Shown: piece after piece, positions 49,963 to 60,500 of the stretch
How positions within the stretch are numbered: the stretch's first letter is position 1
Layout of the letters: each line of letters starts with the position of its first letter
The notes under the pieces: generated by a model
The model's database searches: none
What the model was told of the DNA's origin: nothing
The model's input: the letters and a program-made list of their open reading frames with translations, nothing else
Made by a program: the position numbers and the translations under genes
Assembly: GCA_950097015.1 (NCBI GenBank)
Contig: CATNEN010000025.1
Location: 7,440,001-7,504,000, forward strand
Length of the DNA: 64,000 bases
DNA from: Macrostomum hystrix
Taxonomy: Eukaryota > Animalia > Platyhelminthes
Direction of reading: 5' to 3'

Positions 49963-51345
49963 ATGAAACGGCTATTTAACTACTTTATGAAAGATTCGGT
50001 TAGAAGTACCGAAGACGAAAGCTTCGTAGAAAAGGCATCAGAAATTCAAGAGGACTACCCATCTGTGCTAACGCCAGTTTTAGAAGCCATTGAAGCCATC
50101 GACACTGAAGCTGAAGACATGACAGTAGCTCGCAAGCTGAACGACAGCGATGACCATTCACCTGGTCTTTCGCAGATGACAACAGAAATTGCGAGTAACG
50201 AGCTGCAGGAGCAGCAGCAGCAGCAGCAGCAGCAATACCAGCAGCCGCAGCAGCTACTTGCAGCATCGTCACTTTCGTTGCAGCAACAACAGCGGCAGCC
50301 AGAAACTGTTAATTCCAAGGAGTCATACGCTGATGTCAGCAATGCCACTTCAGCCGCGGTCGCAGTCATCGCTTCACCATCAGAGGAGTCACTAAGTCCA
50401 TTTGGCAACGGAGATGAGACCAATGCTGGAAGCGCGGCCGTCAGTAATGAGGACCTAAAAACAACAGCAACCGCCAGCACTGGCAGCGCATGTGGCAGCA
50501 TCTCTAGCAGTGGTGGCCTAGTTGGGGGCAGCAGCGGAAGTGGCAACGGCAGTGTCATCAGTAACGGCGTTGTGGGCGAAAGCACTAGCACAAACTCAAA
50601 CAGCTGGGAGCCAAAGGTGAAGGACACAAATATTGCGGAGAAGGGCGACTCTTTAAGGATCACAATGAAAGATACTGGCGATATGCCGTCAGGAAAGCTT
50701 GGCAAGCCTGAAGTGATACATCCTCTCCAGAATTCGTGAGTTTGGCACTAAATTTGATCCCGATGAACTTTTTATAGATTTTTGTGTAAAAAACAACAAG
50801 CCAACAAACAAACTCCTTCCAGCTGGGGCATCTGGTGCTTCATGCAGAACCGCAGCCAGGACTGGCACGAGAACGTCCGGCACATCAGCAACTTCTCCTC
50901 GGTTGAGGACTTCTGGTCGCTGTTTAATCACATCCAGACAGTGGATAATCTACCAATTGGTTGCGACTACTACATCTTCAAGGCCAACATTCAGCCCATG
51001 TGGGAGGACAAAGCCAACGTGAATGGCGGCCGCTGGCTGCTGAAGGTGCCTCAGTCGCAGGTAAACTTTGTGCAGCTGTGGATCGAGACCCTCCTGCTGC
51101 TGGTTGGCGAGGCATTCGACACCGAGTCGGACTCCATCTGCGGCGCCGTCGCCCAGGTTCGACGCGGCTTCAACAAGATCAGCATTTGGACTAAGGAGGC
51201 TGCCAACCGCAAAGCATGCATGCGCATCGGCTACAGGTGGAAGGCCTGTATAAAGACGTCAGCTCCTATTCACTACGAAGCGCACCTGGAGGTTAATAAT
51301 AGAAAGGGCGGACGACGAAGCAACAGTGTGTATTCTATCAACTAA
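49963..51345 (+). CDS. EIF4E: Class I eIF4E cap-binding protein with long low-complexity N-terminal extension, 431 aa, 2 exons (49963-50735, 50823-51345)
   Basis: HPLQNS|W across intron TC|GTGAGT..TTCCAG|C; WGIW, QDW, EDFW, PMWED, GGRW, KISIW motifs. Confidence 0.92.
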
Positions 51346-51584
51346 TGAAGTCAATTGATTTTTTTGATTTTTGAAACTGGATCACAAACGCAACAATAAA
51401 TTGTTATCGTTGGTTTTTGTCTAATCTGTTGTTGCTTTCTAGATCAATAATTATATTGTTATGAATCGTTGTTTAAGACAAAATATATATGTTTAAGAAT
51501 TGTTTATTGGGCCCCCAACCGACTGACTCAATTTTCTCAACTCAACTTCCTCAAGTTCGTTTTCCTGAAATCTGACAATAGCCC

Positions 51585-52338
51585 AAACCTGTGTCTATAA
51601 CCATAGCCAGAGCCTGTGTCTATAACCATAGCCAGAGCCTGTCTATAACCATAGCCAGAGCCTGTGTCTATAACCATAGCCAGAGCCTGTGTCTATAACC
51701 ATAGCCAGAGCCTGTGTCTATAACCATAGCCAGAGCCTGTCTATAACCATAGCCAGAGCCTGTGTCTATAACCATAGCCAGAGCCTGTGTCTATAACCAT
51801 AGCCAGAGCCTGTGTCTATAACCATAGCCAGAGCCTGTCTATAACCATAGCCAGAGCCTGTGTCTATAACCATAGCCAGAGCCTGTGTCTATAACCATAG
51901 CCAGAGCCTGTGTCTATAACCATAGCCAGAGCCTGTCTATAACCATAGCCAGAGCCTGTGTCTATAACCATAGCCAGAGCCTGTGTCTATAACCATAGCC
52001 AGAGCCTGTGTCTATAACCATAGCCAGAGCCTGTGTCTATAACCATAGCCAGACCCTGTGTCTATAACCATAGCCAGAGCCTGTGTCTATAACCATAGCC
52101 AGAGCCTGTGTCTATAACCATAGCCAGAGCCTGTGTCTATAACCATAGCCAGAGCCTGTCTATAACCATAGCCAGAGCCTGTCTATAACCATAGCCAGAG
52201 CCTGTGTCTATAACCATAGCCAGAGCCTGTGTCTATAACCATAGCCAGAGCCTGTGTCTATAACCATAGCCAGACCCTGTGTCTATAACCATAGCCAGAG
52301 CCTGTGTCTATAACCATAGCCAGAGCCTGTGTCTATAA
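51585..52338. repeat. 25-bp minisatellite (CCTGTGTCTATAACCATAGCCAGAG)n with 23-bp variants
   Basis: Direct tandem repeat. Confidence 0.95.
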
Positions 52339-53699
52339 TCGTATATTCATACTGGTGTTGAAAATCCAATGCTCCAAACTGACTACTTTTGCTGCCAGTA
52401 GGCGGGCTAAACTGTGTCAAACTTGCCAACAAAAAAATAAGAAATGCTTCTGTTGACTACACGTTCAATCGAAACAATCAGTTATTTATAGTTCTCGTTT
52501 AAACAAAATTTAATGACGTATAAAGCTGACGTATAAAGAAGATGGTAAATTGTAGTAATTATTGTCCATCGCTTCGTCTATGAGCGAACCATATTTCAGT
52601 AATTAAATCAGTTTATTGAGCAATAGTGGTAGCAGCATGTCAGCTCGTACATAATATCAGGTTTATTATTGCATTTTCGAGCGAGATAACTTTTGCTGTA
52701 GTTGATGCAGATTTTCTCCTATAATTTTCTGCGTCCATCAGTCCAATAGTCCATTGTCATTTCATTCAAAACAACGTTACTTCTTTAACAATGTTTTTTT
52801 CTCTTAAAAAAGACACACTCGGCAGTGGTCTTCCTCTACTCCGAAAGTAATTTAATTGAGCTGGCTGGCCGAGATGGGAGACAGAGAGAAAAGAGGTGTG
52901 TCATGGCAACCAAACGGCCAGCTATTTATGGGCCGAAAGCCATCATCGCTGAGCAGGTTGAGAACTCTATCTATATCTGTCGCTATACTCAAACTACTCC
53001 TCTTTGGAGTACTAGTGAGCATGAGAAGTGCCGTTTTTGTGTCTGCACTTGCTTGTCTATATATTCTGTGCACCCCGACTTCTCTATTTTACGTGGCTAT
53101 GCTCAAACGCTGCTCATATTTTGTCAAAGAAATGAGAAATCCACGCTGCCCTTAGCATTCATTATTCCTATTATCGTGTCAAACGCCACCTCTTTCGCCG
53201 GACATCCACCCCACACGCAGCCGCTCCTGTTCTTCATCTGCTGGTTGATAGACGAAATCGGAGAGTGTTATTTGAGCTGAGCTGAGCAAGCAGGCCGTGG
53301 TCTAGAATGAGCTTGGATGCAAAATGAGTTGATTCCTAAGCGTCGCTAGTATTTTTTTTCTTGCCTCGCTGCATCGTCCTGAGACCAACCACAAAAGCAG
53401 AGAGTTGGAGCGAGAGAACGCGAGAGGTGGTGGGTGGCTGGTGAATCCGCGGCGGAGCTGGGGTGGCTGCCGTCAGTGGCAATGAAGAATGTACGCCTGC
53501 TCAGGCCGGGACGGAGGGAGGTGAGAAGGCGACAGAGTGAAGTGGAAGCGGTGACTGTGGGGGGGGGAGCGATAGCCATTCAACCAGAAACGAGGGCCGC
53601 ATAAATAAGAAATAGGAAGGCTGGCTGGCGGACATTAGTTAAATCACTGCAGCTCATTTTAATTCGAAAATCTTCTTTAAAAAAAGATTGACAAGAAAG

Positions 53700-54866
53700 A
53701 TGAGCAAGAAACCTGTGCGAATCCCGCCAGGCTTCAAGGAGCTGCTGCAGGAGTTTACAGTCTCCGTGCTGCGAGAGGCACCGGATGACGTCGTTGATTT
53801 CGCCATCGAATATTTCACCCGGATGCGCCTGAGCCGGATGCATCACTCGGAGGCTGGCGGCGATGACGACGCTGGCAGCCGCGGCGGCGGCGGCTCCGAT
53901 GCCGAGTCAGACTTCGACGAGCCAATGCCGCCGCCGATGCAGAATCGCGGACCTCGACGCGTCGCCGTGGCTGGCGAGAGCTTCGATCCGGAGAAAGAAG
54001 ACGATGACGAGACTCCGATCACCATTCATCCCAAGACGGAGGACCAGCGGCGGCGCCTCAACGAGGCCGTCAAGCACATCCTGCTGTTCCGCTGTCTGGA
54101 CGAAGACCAGATGCATGACGTCATCAACGCCATGTTCGAGCGGCGCTGCGAACCGGGCGACCGCATCATCACCCAAGGCGAGGACGGGGACAATTTCTAT
54201 GTGATCGAATCCGGCCTCTACGACATCTACGTCCTGATCAACGGCCAGGACACCAAGGTCGGCCAGTACGACAACAAGGGCTCGTTTGGCGAGCTGGCGC
54301 TGATGTACAATGCGCCCAGAGCCGCCACCATCACGTGCGCCTCGCCAGGCAGCATCTGGGCCATGGACCGGGACACTTTCCGCCGCCTGGTGCTGAAGAA
54401 GGCCTTCCAGAAGCGCGTCATGTACGAGAACCTCATCGACTCCGTGCCGCTGCTGAAGGAGCTGGCGCCGTACGAGCGCATGAGCATCGCCGACGCGCTC
54501 AAATCCAAGATCTATGCCGACGGCGATAGGATCATTGCCCAGGGTGAGCCGGGCAACGAGATGTACTTTGTCGAGGAGGGCGAGGTACGCATCACCCGAC
54601 GCTCCGCCGACGGCGAGGAGGTTGAGATCTCCCGGCTGCACAAGGGCGGTTACTTTGGCGAGCTGGCCTTGCTGACGAAACAGCCTCGGGCCGCCAACGT
54701 CTACGCCTGCGGCGGCCGCTGCAAGGTGGCCGTCCTGGACGTCGGCTCGTTTGAGCGTCTACTCGGCCCCTGCCTGGACATCATGCGGCGATCTATCGAC
54801 ACCTACCAGCAGCAGCTCACCAGCCTGTTTGGCAGCTTGGAAGCCGTGCCGGATCTGCGCGGCTGA
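53700..54866 (+). CDS. PRKAR2: cAMP-dependent protein kinase type II regulatory subunit, intronless, 388 aa
   Basis: RIIa dimerisation/docking domain [32 protein letters not shown]; hinge [13 protein letters not shown]; two cNMP domains with [15 protein letters not shown] and [16 protein letters not shown]. Confidence 0.95.
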   Translation: MSKKPVRIPPGFKELLQEFTVSVLREAPDDVVDFAIEYFTRMRLSRMHHSEAGGDDDAGSRGGGGSDAESDFDEPMPPPMQNRGPRRVAVAGESFDPEKEDDDETPITIHPKTEDQRRRLNEAVKHILLFRCLDEDQMHDVINAMFERRCEPGDRIITQGEDGDNFYVIESGLYDIYVLINGQDTKVGQYDNKGSFGELALMYNAPRAATITCASPGSIWAMDRDTFRRLVLKKAFQKRVMYENLIDSVPLLKELAPYERMSIADALKSKIYADGDRIIAQGEPGNEMYFVEEGEVRITRRSADGEEVEISRLHKGGYFGELALLTKQPRAANVYACGGRCKVAVLDVGSFERLLGPCLDIMRRSIDTYQQQLTSLFGSLEAVPDLRG

Positions 54867-57114
54867 ACGCTGGGCAACTTCTCCGGATAACTGAAATATT
54901 GCATGCCTACTATACTCTTGTTTTGACTTCTAAGTAAGTTAAGATGCTTCTAGGCGCAAATCAAACAGCAATTAGTAGTTCATCAGCCGGAGGGAAAATT
55001 AGTCTTTCTCAGAAATAGGAAATGAAATTGGGAAGAGAAGTGCCCACTCGCTCGCCTAACTAACACTGATTGCCTCTCGGAACTAAGAAAATAATGTTTC
55101 TACAAAGTCCTTCGCCTCACGCAGCAATCCCCGTCCTGTTCCTCTCCCATTTTGAGCGTGATTTAGCGTCATCATCGTTGCTATTATTTTTTTCTTCATT
55201 TTCTACTATGCTGCAAGAAAGTTTAAATTCGTGTGTTAGACTTTTAAGGTGTACAGAAAATCTTGCTCCATTTTCCTCTCCCACCTTTTTTTCTGTATTT
55301 TATTTACCAGCTCCTCAAAAATGCGCTGAATTTTCATTGCAAAATGAAACAAGTTATAGATATGTTATAGATATCGGGAAGAAGTGACAATAATTTAAAT
55401 ATGTAGTAGTAGTAGTGCAAGTATAACAAATTGTAGTAAGAGAATAAACCTCCATTTCTCTCGATCCACATGTTGTGTGCATGCTTAATTTCTTTTGTAC
55501 TTTAATTATAGCTATAGCTTATCTATGGCAAAAATATTTGATTTGTTTTAGTATACTTACAAATGAAAGTAAAAGTACATATCCTTCTATATTAATTGAT
55601 GTTTAAATATACTCTGACCCATCCAGTCGAAGCTTCGGATTTAATTTTGACAGATCAATCCGGAAATTTTCGGTAATTGAGTCTGTTAATTATATATGAA
55701 TTGAAATTTATAATTCAGATCTAGTTTCAATTATTACTGTTCAGATTTTGTATTCTGTGTAAAAACAATTTCTCAATTATATTTTTGATATAAATACAAT
55801 AAAATACAATAAAACTTCTCGGCACTTTGTTATAATGTTACTGTAAATACAAGACGAATTGGTGGAAACACCGAAAAACTGATTAGACATTATAAACATT
55901 TAGAACAAAAATTCTTAATTAGAACAGAGAGTTTAAAGTAGCTCTTCTCTTGACAAGCCTTTTTTGTTTTTCGTTGACGTCAGAAGCCAGCACTGCCTCG
56001 CCTCTCTACTGAGCAGCACCTTGAGCAGAAACGAAGTTAGAGAGAATTTTTTTCATAAAATGCCGCGGGTTCATTAATTTAGCTTCAGTCTGCTAAGCGA
56101 ATCGTGAGACTATATGAAAAAGCAAAAATGGTCATTTATTGCCTGAACGAGGTGCATGTGTGTGTTCTTATCTTTTTGACAGTGTCAAAGCAGACAAACC
56201 AGCCGTTGCCACTCAGGGTTTGTTTGTTCCTTATCTAATATTCTGCTAATACTGTCTCTTCAAGCTACATGTTTCTTAATCTTGCTGCTTCTATACGCAG
56301 AATGTTCGGGGAGCCTCACTATTATTACAAGAATTCTAGAAGCGCTGCTGAAGGATATGTATATGAAGCAGGGTGATTTATAACACATTTTCTGATTTAA
56401 CAGCTTCGTGTTTTCCTCTCACATTTCTGCTTTCTGTCATTTATTTCTTTCTTCTCATGATCTGTCGCTATCATAGCGATATGTGGACGTAAAGTCCGCG
56501 ATTTTATTTATATAATCGAATTGATGGTTGCAAAAGTCGAAACATTTTTTAAAACCAGCCTTTAAATTGTGATTCTATATAAGATTTGGGAGTAACTAAG
56601 TTAAGATTATCTAAAAATAGCAGCAAAAAGACCCAACCTGGACCACTCTAATAATAGCACCGTCAATTCTTGACTTGCTATTTTCTGTTTAGAATTGTTC
56701 AGCTCATCTCTGGGCGGGTTGGCAGTTGCACAACTACAAATCTAATTAATCGCTGGTTCCGTCGCTTATTATGTAAAGAGGAAGAGAAAGGACCTTCTCC
56801 TAGTAAACCCTTTTACCAATTTATTATTATCTTGGTTCGCTAATCTGTTTCTGTCCATGAGGCCACGAGTTATCCTCGTACTTACGGCCTATCTCGCAGG
56901 CCCAATTTCTTCTTTAGGCATTTCTTCTTCCCAAGTCCTCCGCTAATTTAATGTAGCTCGTAGTTTTTAGCACTGCCTAGAAAAGAGAGACTGCGTGCCA
57001 CTTTGAATTTGTCAGTTTTGGGGCTTTGGTCTGAGGTCTTTGAGATTTTTAGCGACCTTCTATCTGTGCGAAGGCGGGGATGCTTCTCAAAAACTAGGAT
57101 GCATGAATTGGTGT

Positions 57115-58845
57115 GAAAATCTGTTACGATCTGTACTAGATCCACAGAGAATCTGTACTAGATCCACAGAGAATCTGTACTAGATCCACGGAGAATCTGT
57201 ACTAGATCCACAGAGAATCTGTACTAGATCCACAGAGAATCTGTACTAGATCCACAGAGAATCTGTACTAGAACTTCAGAGAAACTTTACTAGATATTCA
57301 GAGAATCTGTACTAGAACTTCAGAGAATCTGTACTAGATCCACAGAGAATCTGTACTAGATCCACGGAGAATCTGTACTAGATATTCAGAGAATCTGTAC
57401 TAGATCCACAGAGAATCTGTACTAGATCCACAGAGAATCTGTACTAGATATTCAGAGAATCTGTACTAGATCCACAGAGAATCTGTACTAGATATTCAGA
57501 GAATGTGTACTAGATCCACAGAGAATCTGTACTAGATCCACAGAGAATCTGTACTAGATCCACAGAGAATCTGTACTAGATCCACAGAGAATCTGCACTA
57601 GATATTCAGAGAATGTGTACTAGATCCACAGAGAATCTGTACTAGATATTCAGTGAATCTGTACTAGATATTCAGAGAATCTGTACTAGATATTCAGAGA
57701 ATCTGTACTAGATCCACAGAGAATCTGTACTAGATCCACGGAGAATCTGTACTAGATATTCAGAGAATCTGTACTAGATCCACAGAGAATCTGTACTAGA
57801 TATTCAGAGAATCTGTACTAGATCCACAGAGAATCTGTACTAGATATTCAGAGAATCTGTACTAGATCCACAGAGAATCTGTACTAGATCCACAGAGAAT
57901 CTGTACTAGATCCACAGAGAATCTGTACTAGATATTCAGAGAATCTGTACTAGATCCACAGAGAATCTGTACTAGATCCACAGAGAATCTGTACTAGATC
58001 CACGGAGAATCTGTACTAGATCCACAGAGAATCTGTACTAGAACTTCAGAGAAACTTTACTAGATATTCAGAGAATCTGTACTAGAACTTCAGAGAATCT
58101 GTACTAGATCCACAGAGAATCTGTACTAGATCCACGGAGAATCTGTACTAGATATTCAGAGAATCTGTACTAGATCCACAGAGAATCTGTACTAGATCCA
58201 CAGAGAATCTGTACTAGATCCACAGAGAATCTGCACTAGATATTCAGAGAATGTGTACTAGATCCACAGAGAATCTGTACTAGATATTCAGTGAATCTGT
58301 ACTAGATATTCAGAGAATCTGTACTAGATATTCAGAGAATCTGTACTAGATCCACAGAGAATCTGTACTAGATCCACGGAGAATCTGTACTAGATATTCA
58401 GAGAATCTGTACTAGATCCACAGAGAATCTGTACTAGATATTCAGAGAATCTGTACTAGATCCACAGAGAATCTGTACTAGATCCACAGAGAATCTGTAC
58501 TAGATCCACAGAGAATCTGTACTAGATATTCAGAGAATCTGTACTAGATCCACAGAGAATCTGTACTAGATCCACAGAGAATCTGTACTAGATATTCAGA
58601 GAATCTGTACTAGATATTCAGAGAATCTGTACAAGAACTTCAGAGAATCTGTACTAGATCTTCAGCGAATCTGTACTAGATCCTCAGAGAATCTGTACAA
58701 GAACTTCAGAGAATCTGTACAAGAACTTCAGAGAATCTGTACTAGATCCTCAGAGAATCTGTACAAGAACTTCAGAGAATCTGTACTAGATCCTCAGAGA
58801 ATCTGTACAAGAACTTCAGAGAATCTGTACTAGATCCTCTGAGAA
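57115..58845. repeat. 22-bp minisatellite (AGAGAATCTGTACTAGATCCAC)n
   Basis: Tandem repeat with a 770-bp block duplication. Confidence 0.95.
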
Positions 58846-59384
58846 TTGTTGAAATGTAAAGAAACACAAAATTCGCATTCTACACTACTCAAAGCAGTAA
58901 AATATACTTCAAGCATGCATTTGGACTAGCTTAAAACGTCTAAAATGTATTGTAATTAGTGAAAGTAAATTTTGTTCGGTTGAGCTTAATAAAAGCCCGA
59001 ACGATTGGCTAACGAAAGGGTCAACCAATCAGACCTTTAACAATCAAAATACTGGAAATTAAAAGTATTTTTTCTAATATTTAACTAGAAAGCTTCATTT
59101 GCCCAAGTCAATAGGGAAGGCTCAGATATAATTGACTCTTAGTTCGGATCATCCAGAGGTGAGTAATTATAGGTTTTCAGTTGGACATACTTTTGTGTAC
59201 TTCGATTCATATTTGACATGAAAGTGCTCAGCTTATATAAAATTTTATCAATTAATTTAATTTGATTGATATGATAATTTCAATTTCAAGATCAAGACAC
59301 CAAGGTACCGAGCATAATCACAATTATAGCAGTGAGTGGAAGTTAGGATCCTGCAAAAGAACCTGATTATGGAGATTATGCAAC

Positions 59385-59630
59385 CTGTTGCAGATTCTGT
59401 ACAAGTATCTGTTTTGTATCAGATTCTGTACAAGTATCTGTTTTGTTGCAGATTCTGTACAAGTATCTGTTTTGTTGCAGATTCTGTACAAGTATCTGTT
59501 TTGTTGCAGATTCTGTACAAGTATCTGTTTTGTTGCAGATTCTGTACAAGTATCTGTTTTGTTGCAGATTCTGTACAAGTATCTGTTTTGTTGCAGATTC
59601 TGTACAAGTATCTGTTTTGTTGCAGATTCT
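59385..59630. repeat. 29-bp minisatellite (GCAGATTCTGTACAAGTATCTGTTTTGTT)n
   Basis: About 8 tandem copies. Confidence 0.9.
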
Positions 59631-59729
59631 TGAGAAGCTTCCGCAATTAACTCTATTGAAGAATCAGTAATATATATATATCATGTAAAGAAAATTATTG
59701 TATATTTGTACAATAATCTGTAATGCATT

Positions 59730-60465
59730 ATGTAACAGAATCTGTCCTGGATTCTGTACAGGAATCTGTTTTGGATTCTGCACAATAATCTGTAATATAT
59801 TCTGTACAAGAATCTGTTTTGGATTCTGTACAAGAATCTGTTTTGGATTCTGTACAAGAATCTGTTTTGGATTCTGCACAATAATCTGTTTTGGATTCTG
59901 TACAAGAATCTGTTTTGGATTCTGCACAAGAATCTGTTTTGGATTCTGTACAATAATCTGTTTTGGATTCTGTGCAATAATCTGTTTTGGATTCTGTGCA
60001 ATAATCTGTTTTGGATTTTGTACAATAATCTGTTTTGGATTCTGTACAATAATCTGTTTTGGATTTTGTACAATAATCTGTTTTGGATTCTGTACAATAA
60101 TCTGTTTTGGATTCTGTACAATAATCTGGTTTGGATTCTGTACAAGAATCTGTTTTGGATTCTGTACAATAATCTGTTTTGGATTCTGTACAATAATCTG
60201 GTTTGGATTCTGTACAAGAATCTGTTTTGGATTCTGTACAAGATTCTGTCTTAAATTCTGTACAACAATCTGTCGTGGATTCTATACAAGAATCTGTTTT
60301 GGATTCTATACAAGAGTCTGTAATGGATTCTGTACGAGAGTCTGTCATGAATTTTGTACAAGAATCTGGCCTGGATTCTGTATTAGAATCGGTAATAGAG
60401 TCAGTACAAGAATCGGTATTGGGGTCAGTACAAGAATATGTAGTGGATTCTGTACAATAATCTGT
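59730..60465. repeat. 24-bp minisatellite (GGATTCTGTACAATAATCTGTTTT)n
   Basis: Tandem repeat ending ~35 nt before the class C GPCR ATG. Confidence 0.9.
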
Positions 60466-60500
60466 TGCATATTTTATTTTAGCTAGCTGACAACTCAGCC

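Noticed and set aside
52825-53579. ORFs upstream of PKA-RII, and a partial X-box-like GTGTCATGGCAAC near 52897
   Set aside because: No domain or coding bias; the motif deviates from consensus; likely promoter or UTR.
56700-57110. Possible small minus-strand exons (e.g. GGLGKKKCLKKKLGLRDRP|GTAAGT)
   Set aside because: Could not be assembled into an open, phase-consistent model.
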